64,000 nt of DNA from a virus: IMG/VR virus record IMGVR_UViG_3300023181_000028, positions 1-64,000 of that record; one strand, given 5' to 3'. How positions within the stretch are numbered: the stretch's first letter is position 1; every line of letters starts with the position of its first letter. The notes beneath the pieces are model-generated. The model ran no database searches. It had not been told where the DNA came from and was given only the letters and a program-made list of their open reading frames with translations. Positions 18,060-26,812 of the stretch are shown piece after piece. The translations under genes were made by a program, and so were the position numbers.

Positions 18060-18842
18060 ATGCCAAGAGAAAATCCAAACGGAGATCGTTTACAAAATCC
18101 TGCAAAATTTTTCTACTCGTGGAGTTCCGATGACGGATGCTTCAAGTATTACGACAAGGAAACTAAGAAAAATGTCAGCGTAGAAGTGACAGCTAAGAAG
18201 CCTTTTGTCTTCCTGCCATTAGATGTTCTTTCAACAGTTAAAGGTTACTGCGAAGCGGATAAATCAGGTTATACAGCCAACGAAGTTCGCGATATCACTA
18301 AAGATATTCTAACAGTTAATACGTGGAGTAACGGTAAGTCAAACCTAAAAGCCTCAGGAATCTGGTCTAACATAAAAGATAAAATCAAAGCTGGCGGAGG
18401 TAAATTCTCAGTTAGTATTTACGCGGCAATGAAAAGCTCAGATGGATTTGATATTGTAAACATCCAAATGTACGGAGCCGCGCTTAACGCATGGATTGAC
18501 CATGCCAAAGAGAACAATATTTATGAAAGCGCCATTGCTATTCGTAAAAGTGAAGAGAAGAAGAAAGGAAAGATTGTATGGACTGTGCCAGTATTAGAGA
18601 AGCTAGATGTTACGCAAAAGACTGATGATGCTGCCGGAGAGCTTCAAAAAGAATTAAAGGTGTATCACACAGCCTATTTTGCTAAGAATGCTTCTAGTGT
18701 CCCGCAAACGGCTCAGGAAGAGACTAAATCGGAACCTGCTAAGGAAACTAAGTCAGGTAGATCTTCAAAGAAAGAAGAGCCGGAAGAGGAACAGGCTATG
18801 GATATTGATTTGGGTGAAGATATAGACGAAGTTCCGTGGTAA
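18060..18842 (+). CDS. putative single-stranded DNA-binding protein
   Basis: beta-rich core, flexible linker, acidic tail ending EDIDEVPW. Confidence 0.7.
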   Translation: MPRENPNGDRLQNPAKFFYSWSSDDGCFKYYDKETKKNVSVEVTAKKPFVFLPLDVLSTVKGYCEADKSGYTANEVRDITKDILTVNTWSNGKSNLKASGIWSNIKDKIKAGGGKFSVSIYAAMKSSDGFDIVNIQMYGAALNAWIDHAKENNIYESAIAIRKSEEKKKGKIVWTVPVLEKLDVTQKTDDAAGELQKELKVYHTAYFAKNASSVPQTAQEETKSEPAKETKSGRSSKKEEPEEEQAMDIDLGEDIDEVPW

Positions 18843-18843
18843 T

Positions 18844-19290
18844 ATGAACCTAGACATTAAACATCATGGTAGGATAGTAGACGGCAAAAAGCAGTACTAC
18901 AACCGTGAACTATACATGGATCAGATAGCCGCGCTGAATGGTAAAGAATTTGTAGAGATCATTAAGGAGAAGCACGTTAAGCCCTCCACAGATCAACATG
19001 GATACTATCGCGCGGCTATCCTTATCACTTGCTATAAAACAGAAATGTTTAATTCTCTGGATAATAAAGATTGTGTACACGATGACTACTTCGCCCCTAA
19101 ATTCTTAGGTTATTACAAGCCCGTTACAGTGAGCGGAAGGACAACCGAGCATTTCAAAGTGCGGAGTCTGGCCGATCTGAATAAGGATGAAATGACTGAA
19201 TTTATTAATAGAGTTTTGGCGGAGTGTGAAGAATTGGGAATAAGCTGCCCTCAGCCTGAGGAATATTACCAAAAATATTATCAACGATGA
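18844..19290 (+). CDS. NinB/Orf-like recombination protein
   Basis: STDQHGYY...H...SLADLNKDEMTEFINRV. Confidence 0.7.
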   Translation: MNLDIKHHGRIVDGKKQYYNRELYMDQIAALNGKEFVEIIKEKHVKPSTDQHGYYRAAILITCYKTEMFNSLDNKDCVHDDYFAPKFLGYYKPVTVSGRTTEHFKVRSLADLNKDEMTEFINRVLAECEELGISCPQPEEYYQKYYQR

Positions 19291-19592
19291 AAATAGAAAA
19301 GTACTCATTTAAGCGCCACTATGTAAAGTCTTATAATAAGTGGCAATATAAGGTTGCAAAATTAGCTAAGTTGACATTAAAGGAATCTTTTTATGTAGAA
19401 TTAGATTTCTTTACTAATGGCGATATTAAATGTGGGGACGTTGTAAGATTTGACAACCATTTACAGGCTAGGATAGAAGAGAAGATTGGAGATAAATGTA
19501 AATGCTTCTTTTTTACAGAAATTCCCGTGAATGAATTTGATTACGTATTCAATTCAGTATATGTAATAGCACGAATGTTTAACGAATATTAA
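19287..19592 (+). CDS. hypothetical protein
   Basis: ATGA overlap. Confidence 0.7.
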   Translation: MKIEKYSFKRHYVKSYNKWQYKVAKLAKLTLKESFYVELDFFTNGDIKCGDVVRFDNHLQARIEEKIGDKCKCFFFTEIPVNEFDYVFNSVYVIARMFNEY

Positions 19593-19604
19593 ATCTCAAA
19601 AACT

Positions 19605-19844
19605 ATGGCAATAGTAAAAGACAGTTACACTCACACTGTAACACACAACAAAAAGAAACTGGCAATAACAGTGAATGTTTATGATGAACCATGTCTACGC
19701 AATCAGGTGAATGATTTTCACACCCATGTACATGTGAGTCATTTAGGCAAAACATGGGGAGAATGCTTCCTTCCTGAGCCAGTGGAAAATCCTGAGCAAA
19801 CCGCGCGGGAAACTATTAAAATACTAGACAAAATTAAACTGTGA
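19605..19844 (+). CDS. hypothetical protein
   Basis: 79 aa ORF. Confidence 0.7.
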   Translation: MAIVKDSYTHTVTHNKKKLAITVNVYDEPCLRNQVNDFHTHVHVSHLGKTWGECFLPEPVENPEQTARETIKILDKIKL

Positions 19845-20179
19845 ACTTAACAAAGAACCCTAGATTAAGGGAGAAGATACTTGAGCGTCTTAAAGAACTG
19901 GATTACACCCAAAGCTTTCTTATTAAGGATGCCTCGGAGAGAAACATGGATATTAAGCCTGAGAGACTTTCCCGATATCTAAAGAACAAATCCGGCGGAT
20001 TAACAGAAGATCAATTGTTATGGGTGGCTACAAGACTAGGTATATTCCTTAACATTAACTTTGGAAACTTAGTTGTGGAAGAGGGAGTGGCTAAGTTTGT
20101 TATCCCGCCTTACAATGAATTAGAGATAATTAAAAAATTGAAATTAATATTTCCACCTAAAATTAAAACAGATGATTAA
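19841..20179 (+). CDS. XRE/Cro-like HTH protein
   Basis: RLKELDYTQSFL...IKPERLSRYLK...LTEDQLLWVATRLG. Confidence 0.65.
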   Translation: MNLTKNPRLREKILERLKELDYTQSFLIKDASERNMDIKPERLSRYLKNKSGGLTEDQLLWVATRLGIFLNINFGNLVVEEGVAKFVIPPYNELEIIKKLKLIFPPKIKTDD

Positions 20180-20540
20180 CATTTATGTAGTACTGGCAAT
20201 TCTATTCATCCATTGGATAGCGGATTTTATTTGTCAAAATGATTGGCAGGCTAAGAATAAGAGCAAGCGATTAGACGCTTTGTTATTACATACATTGACG
20301 TATAGCATGATATGGTTTATTCCTTGCGTGGCATACATTTGCGAAAACAAACATAATTTTAGTTATTTCTTTTTCATCCCAATTACATTTGTTTGCCACA
20401 CAATTACCGATTACTTCACAAGTAGATTAAATTCAAAGCTTTGGTCGGAAGGTAAGATTCATTGGTTCTTTGTAAGTGTTGGATTCGATCAAATCCTCCA
20501 CTACGTTCAATTATTATTAACCTATCAATTACTTAAATAA
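20172..20540 (+). CDS. DUF3307-like membrane protein
   Basis: HWIADF..Q, H...Y, H...D, GFDQILH. Confidence 0.85.
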   Translation: MINIYVVLAILFIHWIADFICQNDWQAKNKSKRLDALLLHTLTYSMIWFIPCVAYICENKHNFSYFFFIPITFVCHTITDYFTSRLNSKLWSEGKIHWFFVSVGFDQILHYVQLLLTYQLLK

Positions 20541-20749
20541 TGGGATTTTTTAATTTTGATTCCGACGAGGATAGTGATTTCAGGAAATATTCTGAAAAAT
20601 ATAAAGAGATAACAGGAATTGAATATAGCGGGGATAATATTCACGATCTTAAGCGTCGAATAGAATCTGAAATTGACGGAGGATGGACTTCAATGAGGGA
20701 AGAAGGTAATTTAAATGAACTTTTAAGTAAAATAAAAGACAATGAGTAA
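20540..20749 (+). CDS. hypothetical acidic protein
   Basis: 69 aa, coupled. Confidence 0.65.
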   Translation: MGFFNFDSDEDSDFRKYSEKYKEITGIEYSGDNIHDLKRRIESEIDGGWTSMREEGNLNELLSKIKDNE

Positions 20750-21071
20750 TTTTAGATGGCAGGCATTTAAGTCAACGGTTAAAGCGTGGTTCAATTTTAA
20801 TTTTACGCACTGGATTAATCATTACTATTTAATCAAAGGGAATTTAGAAAGAGAAGATGCGAGGCTTAAAAAAGAAGAACTTGATAAAAAACTAACTGAT
20901 GATAATTTTGCTGCCATTGTAAGGGATTTCTCATTTGAAGATAGCAAAGATCCGAAAATGACAGATTCATATAGGTGGGTTAGAAAAGAAGAAGAGGATG
21001 AAAATAACCACTTCTTTAAATTGTACGGAAAAAGTTATTGGTTTCATGTATTTAAAAGCAAAAAAAGATAA
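20742..21071 (+). CDS. hypothetical protein
   Basis: 109 aa, coupled. Confidence 0.7.
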   Translation: MSNFRWQAFKSTVKAWFNFNFTHWINHYYLIKGNLEREDARLKKEELDKKLTDDNFAAIVRDFSFEDSKDPKMTDSYRWVRKEEEDENNHFFKLYGKSYWFHVFKSKKR

Positions 21072-21658
21072 TGGCGAAGAAACCAAGTAATAATTTCACT
21101 GAGGAGTTTTTTATTCAAAAGGGATTTTTACCTGATGGAAAAGGTGGGTGGAGTAGAGGTCCAATTGCATCCGAATACATACGTGAAAAGAAAGGAGAGT
21201 TAATTGCTAAAGAAAAGGTTATTGAAACTCCCGATTTTACAATTAAACCTGTGACTGAGTGGTGGATCGGCACACAGGTTCCATCAAAAAAGAACTGCCA
21301 GCAATTATTCGTTACAAGAACCAAACTAGGCAAGTATATACCAGGAACAACTACATCACAACGCTATAAAGATTACATTACAGCCACTAAAAACTATTGG
21401 ACTGCGTTCGGCAAGGAATTTAGAAAATCCGTCCTTTTATTAGGCTTAAAAGAGCCGCTTCACGTAGAGTTTACATTCGTAAGGTCAACTCAACAAGTTA
21501 TGGATTACGTGGGGCCTTTAGAGTCCGTACAGGATATTATGCAGGATTATGATTGGATAGACGGGGACGACTACAAGAGATTAAAGCCTTTCTTAGGAGA
21601 TATAGAGGTGGATAATAACAATCCGGGAGTACGTATTAAACTTTTAACCAACAAATAA
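21071..21658 (+). CDS. RusA-like Holliday junction resolvase
   Basis: VPSKKN, MDY...ESVQDIM...WIDGDD, D.NNPGV.I. Confidence 0.75.
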   Translation: MAKKPSNNFTEEFFIQKGFLPDGKGGWSRGPIASEYIREKKGELIAKEKVIETPDFTIKPVTEWWIGTQVPSKKNCQQLFVTRTKLGKYIPGTTTSQRYKDYITATKNYWTAFGKEFRKSVLLLGLKEPLHVEFTFVRSTQQVMDYVGPLESVQDIMQDYDWIDGDDYKRLKPFLGDIEVDNNNPGVRIKLLTNK

Positions 21659-21659
21659 T

Positions 21660-21836
21660 ATGAAAACAATCTATTTTAAAAACGGAACAAGTGTTAAGGT
21701 GCCGCAAGTAATAGTTAATTCTATATTTACCAAAAAAAATCTCGGACAGGCTACAAATGTTTTCGAGTCGTTTAGCGAAGATTCTGTAAATATAGACCTT
21801 GTGATTAATGTAAATGAAATAAGTCACGTTGAGTAA
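21660..21836 (+). CDS. small hypothetical protein (58 aa, MKTIYFKNGTSVKV...), not in ORF track
   Basis: read manually; fills gap; stop overlaps next ATG. Confidence 0.65.
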   Translation: MKTIYFKNGTSVKVPQVIVNSIFTKKNLGQATNVFESFSEDSVNIDLVINVNEISHVE

Positions 21837-22255
21837 TGGGAGAGTTCCGGCCATATCCAAAACAAGGCGCTAAACCAAAGAAAGAACCCAAGCCTCTTAA
21901 AAGAACTGCTATTAAGAAGAAGGTTAAAAGCACCGGAGAAAAATCAGTTTTCGAAGAGGTCCTAGACGATATCCCTTATGACGGGCCGACAAGATGTTTT
22001 GTATGTAATAAGCAGATATCAGTGGTGACGCATCATAATTTTAGCCATATTTTGAGCAAAGGGAAGTATCCATTGTTCCGCCTTAAGCCTGAAAATATTA
22101 AAATTATGTGTTTTAATTTCGTGGCGGTTAACGGAGACCAGGGATGCCATTATAACTATGATTTTAAGCCTCGTAGCGAACTTAAAGAAGAGATGTGGCA
22201 AAAGGTGTTTGAATTAGAGGAACGGCTTAAGAATGAATATAAACAACTAAAATAA
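21836..22255 (+). CDS. NinG/HNH-like nuclease
   Basis: CFVC, SHILSKG, ENI..MC...CH. Confidence 0.75.
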   Translation: MGEFRPYPKQGAKPKKEPKPLKRTAIKKKVKSTGEKSVFEEVLDDIPYDGPTRCFVCNKQISVVTHHNFSHILSKGKYPLFRLKPENIKIMCFNFVAVNGDQGCHYNYDFKPRSELKEEMWQKVFELEERLKNEYKQLK

Positions 22256-22260
22256 CTAAC

Positions 22261-22509
22261 ATGAGAAACAGGACTCCAAGAAAAACAAAAAAGCAATTAG
22301 GTAAAATGTTAATAATTTACGATAGAGCAGTGCTGCCGATTAACTTATCAATGTTAGACGTTCTAAATAGATTTAAAGACCACAAAGTTTTAGAGTGGGA
22401 CTCAAGTGCGGCTGGTAACGTTAGTTGCATGAATATAATGAGTAGGCCAGTAATAATGAATTATAGGAAAGGATTTCAAATAAAAAACAATTCCTTACAA
22501 AATCTGTAA
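22261..22509 (+). CDS. hypothetical protein
   Basis: 82 aa; last codons (LQNL*) are the TTACA palindrome. Confidence 0.6.
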   Translation: MRNRTPRKTKKQLGKMLIIYDRAVLPINLSMLDVLNRFKDHKVLEWDSSAAGNVSCMNIMSRPVIMNYRKGFQIKNNSLQNL

Positions 22510-22547
22510 TAAAACCCACAACCTTTAAATCCTTACAAAAAATGTAT
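22495..22547. promoter_or_regulatory. paired TTACA-N5-TGTAA palindromes (22495-22509; 22533-22547 with one mismatch), locus 2
   Basis: 38 bp period. Confidence 0.8.
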
Positions 22548-22733
22548 AAATCAGAGAAGTTAATAGAGGAGTTGATCTCCGCCGGAATAATAACAGATAA
22601 GCTCTGTGACAAGGTTAAGGCCAGATTAATAATAAGACAAACCCTGATTGAAATACATAATGAGGCAGTACTTGAAACTGTTATGGCTCACAATAAAGCA
22701 ACGTTTGTAGCCCCTCAATATTTAGATAAGTAA
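22542..22733 (+). CDS. hypothetical protein
   Basis: 63 aa ORF. Confidence 0.65.
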   Translation: MYKSEKLIEELISAGIITDKLCDKVKARLIIRQTLIEIHNEAVLETVMAHNKATFVAPQYLDK

Positions 22734-22751
22734 CCAATAAAAACAAATAAT

Positions 22752-22985
22752 ATGTCAAAGAAAAAATGTACAAAATGCGGAAAGGTTCGCCCCGAATACC
22801 AATACAGATGCGATTGTGGCGGGAGCAATTATTCTTTAACTAGCAAGGACAGTTCAAGTTATAGCACTTCATTTGACTATTCAAGTGATAGTAATGGATC
22901 ATCTAATTCTAGCGATAGCAGCAGTAGCTCATTTGATTTCGGTGGCGGCGAAAGCGGCGGCGCTGGATCGGGAGGAGATTTTTAG
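22752..22985 (+). CDS. Zn-ribbon plus Ser/Gly-rich tail protein
   Basis: CTKCG...CDCG then poly-Ser and FGGGESGGAGSGGDF. Confidence 0.75.
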   Translation: MSKKKCTKCGKVRPEYQYRCDCGGSNYSLTSKDSSSYSTSFDYSSDSNGSSNSSDSSSSSFDFGGGESGGAGSGGDF

Positions 22986-23011
22986 TAATTAATAAATAAA
23001 AACAACCATAT

Positions 23012-23467
23012 ATGAGTAAATTTGAATTACCAGCTAATTTCCCTAAAGCAAGAAGGGGTAGCGTTATCCTTAAACAGGTGATACAGGGGACTTCCATCAC
23101 TGACGGAGGTATTATCCTTGCAGATGCCGCCGAGAACGTCCAGCGCCCTAATGTAGGTATTATATACGCCACAGGAGAAGGCGTAGGAGAAGATCTAGCC
23201 CCTGGAATGAAAGTGTATTACAATCAATACGCCAACCTTGAGCTTCATATCAATGGCCGTCCTTATTTCATGATGCATGACGCGGATATCTATTGCATAT
23301 TGGATGATGAGAATCGCGTGGCTAATATCATTAAGCCAAAAGATGAAGTTCGCAGAGGTAAAAAGATCACCCAGCAGGCAGGAATGGTTAAGAGATTAGC
23401 TGTTAAAAGCGCTAACGACAAAGACAAAAGAGAAGAAACCTACAAAAAAATAATCAAGAAGAAATGA
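23012..23467 (+). CDS. groES: GroES/Cpn10-like co-chaperonin
   Basis: TDGGIILAD, GIIYATGEG, PGMKVYY, INGRPYFMMHDADI. Confidence 0.88.
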   Translation: MSKFELPANFPKARRGSVILKQVIQGTSITDGGIILADAAENVQRPNVGIIYATGEGVGEDLAPGMKVYYNQYANLELHINGRPYFMMHDADIYCILDDENRVANIIKPKDEVRRGKKITQQAGMVKRLAVKSANDKDKREETYKKIIKKK

Positions 23468-23796
23468 AAACTATCCAAAATCAAAAGCTAGTGTACATCA
23501 CTAAAGAACCCAACGCTACAATGACGGCTATTGAGGATAAGCACAATGACTCTGATTATTTTAAACTAATAGAAGAGTCTTGTAACAGACCTACTAACCC
23601 TCAAGTGGGATTTACATACGATGACATTAAAAGTATTGACAGGGTTAAAAAGGCTATTAAAGCCGCTAAGAAAGAGGTGATGAGCGTGGAGGATAAAGAC
23701 TTTGAATTTATTAAATCCCGCGTGGAAACTAAATCATGGGTGTCATCATCTATTGAAATAGCAGACTTTGTAGACTACATCAAAGGAATTAAATAA
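23464..23796 (+). CDS. hypothetical protein
   Basis: last gene of rightward arm. Confidence 0.75.
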   Translation: MKTIQNQKLVYITKEPNATMTAIEDKHNDSDYFKLIEESCNRPTNPQVGFTYDDIKSIDRVKKAIKAAKKEVMSVEDKDFEFIKSRVETKSWVSSSIEIADFVDYIKGIK

Positions 23797-23815
23797 CAAT
23801 ACACGCACACAAAGT

Positions 23816-23850
23816 AAAAAGCCTCCCTATTAACTTAAGGAGGCTTTTTT
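23816..23850. terminator. bidirectional intrinsic terminator between converging arms
   Basis: AAAAAGCCTCC...GGAGGCTTTTTT. Confidence 0.9.
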
Positions 23851-23874
23851 AATTAGATTATATAAATTTACATT

Positions 23875-25098
23875 TTAACGAGTTATTTCTTGACCGCCGA
23901 TATACGTAACAGTGCCAGTGCCAGTGGTAGCATATCTTATTCTTACATTAGCACCTCCCGGTATTCCGCCGCCTATCATAGTAGTTTGACCATTAGTAAT
24001 CTGAATAGCCACCGCTAAAGCCACAGAGCTTAAATTACCCGCAGGCTGCAATACAGCAGTCCATGTAGAACCGCCATTAAGACTATATTCTAAATACACT
24101 GTAGCCGTGCTAGATCCTGCCAACAAAGGATTTGACACTGAACAAGTCACATAATAATAAACTGTAGAAAAATTTGGAGATATAGTGAATCCCGTACTAG
24201 AAGTACTTGTAGTTACACCTCTTACAGGATTATTATTTATTGTTGGCTCAGCTAATGAAATAGTAAAATTAGGATAAGTGCCAGATATAGATACACCCTT
24301 TATTCCCGTTAAATTTACAACTTGGTCAGGAGCAGTATTAGTGATAACAGTATTAGTTACATTAATTCCAGTACTCCCACTATAAGATGTAGTTCCGGTT
24401 GGGATAGTCCATGCGCGATTAGCTGATAAATCCTGAGATACTCCATTGATAGTTAAAGACCTCGTTAAAGGCGCTTTAGAGGCAATAGAGGAATTAATAG
24501 AAGCTATTGATGCTGCCGCCCTATCTTTAGACATTAGTCCATTAGCACTACCCGTATCGGCTTTAATAACCATATTAGGCGCAGTTCCAGTCATTATCTC
24601 CCCGTATCCCGCCGAATAATTCATAATGGCAGGTAAGCTAAATGTTCTACTTGCTTGCATATTTTGAGTTATAGCAGTAGTTCCATTCATAATAGTGATA
24701 GTATTCCTTGCATTTGCATACAATGTATCTGATTCAAATTTATGCCAATACACAGGTATATTATTCAAATCAGGAGCGTAAGACAAATCATAATAACTTC
24801 CACTTAATGCTACACTTGCAAGGTTAGGCAGCACATCTATATCAAAACGATAATCTGGTCTTGCGGCAGGGTAAAACACACCAGATCCATCAAATCCTAT
24901 ATTAAATCCAAATGTTTGCATAGTCGGGACGTACCTTGCAGGCTTAAACAGTACCGTGTCGGCCAGTGTTAGATACTGAGCCTTCACCTCTTTAGTTATT
25001 TCACTTGCTAAAATACCACCTCCCACTATTTTTACGGAGTTTTTGGCGGTGAACGAGAGCATTAAAGCTACAATCGGAATGGAGATTATTTTTTTCAT
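23875..25098 (-). CDS. tail-fibre-like protein with N-terminal signal-peptide-like segment
   Basis: SVALSGSYYDL and RSLTINGVSQDLSANRAW fibre motifs; MKKIISIPIVALMLSFTA start. Confidence 0.7.
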   Translation of the reverse strand: MKKIISIPIVALMLSFTAKNSVKIVGGGILASEITKEVKAQYLTLADTVLFKPARYVPTMQTFGFNIGFDGSGVFYPAARPDYRFDIDVLPNLASVALSGSYYDLSYAPDLNNIPVYWHKFESDTLYANARNTITIMNGTTAITQNMQASRTFSLPAIMNYSAGYGEIMTGTAPNMVIKADTGSANGLMSKDRAAASIASINSSIASKAPLTRSLTINGVSQDLSANRAWTIPTGTTSYSGSTGINVTNTVITNTAPDQVVNLTGIKGVSISGTYPNFTISLAEPTINNNPVRGVTTSTSSTGFTISPNFSTVYYYVTCSVSNPLLAGSSTATVYLEYSLNGGSTWTAVLQPAGNLSSVALAVAIQITNGQTTMIGGGIPGGANVRIRYATTGTGTVTYIGGQEITR

Positions 25099-25110
25099 AT
25101 TTTTAGGTTT

Positions 25111-26808
25111 TTATTCTTCTGTAAATTCTATTGATATTGCCATTGTTCCTCCGGCCACAGTTACTCCGTTTAAATTAATAGCTATTGTCTGAGCCACGCC
25201 AGCTAAAATAATTGGCTTCCCTCTTTCTGCTAGGTTAATCTCAAATGGAGGGTATCCAGCAGTTGCGCTTCCAATAGGTACATATACAGCCCTTACATTA
25301 CCAACCGGAGTTCCAAGCGTAGGGTTAGCCGTATAAATAGTTCCAACGGCAGTAGCGGCAGCGTCAGTTGACTCATTAGGTACTAAGGTAGCTGTAGTAG
25401 ACGTTCCGCCAGAATTAGCAGTACTACGCTTAGAGATCAAAACCAAAACTTGTCCAGCGGTTGTTTGAATACCGCTTATAATGATTTTAGTAACTTGTAC
25501 GTTTGTAGAGGCAGAACCAATTAATTGAAATATATCTGTTGCGGAAGCCGCCAGTACTACTGTAAATGATACTGAATATGTCCTTTTGTGTTTTTGTTGA
25601 TCTTTAACAATAGTAGCTCCGTATCTATCCGCGATAGGTATCGTATAACTGCCAGAAGTTCCAAATAGCGTTAGAGTATCATTTCTGTTAAATCCGGCTG
25701 CTAAAATAGTATCCGTGGCTCCTACTGCAGAGTTCCTTGCTTTGGCTAAGTTGGTCGCCCCTGTTCCCGGAACAATTGTACCAATATTACCGATAGTATT
25801 AGTTCCGGTAGGTAGTGCAATCATTCTTGAGATCTCAACTGGCAACAAAGAATTAAAAGATTGCGGCCTTATAGACGTAAGACTAACTTGCTGAGGTACG
25901 TAATTCTCAACATCTATAAATCCAATCGTCCAAGTTGTTGAAGTAGCAGGAGTAGTTGACCCATTTACTGAACGTATTTGAAGGTGCAGTACAACGTTTG
26001 AGTCAGGAATATTCCTTACATTTTGAGACCTTAAAGTTAATTGAACACTTGTTGAAGATGCAGACAATTGATCTGCGTATACAGAAATACCATCTTCAAC
26101 GTTTAATGCTCCAACGTGTCCGGGAGAAGCACTTGTATTAATTGTAGAAGATATGTCGGCTATCGGATATCCATTTCTCTGATTTCCGAATAAATTACTT
26201 GTTGCCGTCGTGCCGTTATATAAAATATGGTGGTAATTCCATCCAAACAAAGAACAGGTTCCCACCCCTACAGTAAATCCAGATACCGTGAAGGTTACAT
26301 CGTTACCAACTACCGAAGCAATTGGATAAGAGCCAGACAAAAAAGTGCCTGTTCCTGCAAAGGATCCTAAGTTTATGGACTGTCCAATGTTTTGGGAAGT
26401 GAATGGATTCGACGGAATAGTAACAGTTATAGCAGTTGAGCTACCTATTGAATAGGCTAATCCGTCACCAATAACATCCACTAACTCTATAAAGAAGTTA
26501 TTATTTGCAATTCTCTGTGATAATATTGTTGCATATCTTAAAGTTATAGCATCTTTCCATGTTGCTGCGGTTCTTATGATCGTTTCCGATCTGGCAGTTG
26601 TTCCAGAAGTTATCACTAATGATCCGGCACTTTGATTTACGGTTTGGCCGGTGCCGTTAATTAGCAAGGTCATATCTGAATGAACCCCATTCGCTATAGT
26701 CCTGTCGAATCCATATCTGGTTTTAAACTGTGGCAGTTGTCTAGTTGGCACATAGTCGTCATTTTCTAACGGAAATGTGTTTTTTTGAGGTATCGGATCG
26801 TATGCCAT
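25111..26808 (-). CDS. tail/receptor-binding structural protein
   Basis: 565 aa, Thr/Gly/Ser-rich beta protein in fibre cluster. Confidence 0.7.
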   Translation of the reverse strand: MAYDPIPQKNTFPLENDDYVPTRQLPQFKTRYGFDRTIANGVHSDMTLLINGTGQTVNQSAGSLVITSGTTARSETIIRTAATWKDAITLRYATILSQRIANNNFFIELVDVIGDGLAYSIGSSTAITVTIPSNPFTSQNIGQSINLGSFAGTGTFLSGSYPIASVVGNDVTFTVSGFTVGVGTCSLFGWNYHHILYNGTTATSNLFGNQRNGYPIADISSTINTSASPGHVGALNVEDGISVYADQLSASSTSVQLTLRSQNVRNIPDSNVVLHLQIRSVNGSTTPATSTTWTIGFIDVENYVPQQVSLTSIRPQSFNSLLPVEISRMIALPTGTNTIGNIGTIVPGTGATNLAKARNSAVGATDTILAAGFNRNDTLTLFGTSGSYTIPIADRYGATIVKDQQKHKRTYSVSFTVVLAASATDIFQLIGSASTNVQVTKIIISGIQTTAGQVLVLISKRSTANSGGTSTTATLVPNESTDAAATAVGTIYTANPTLGTPVGNVRAVYVPIGSATAGYPPFEINLAERGKPIILAGVAQTIAINLNGVTVAGGTMAISIEFTEE

Positions 26809-26812
26809 AATA

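Noticed and set aside
19350-19358. TGCAACCTT on the minus strand
   Set aside because: Inside a CDS with no CGT box at 16-17 nt
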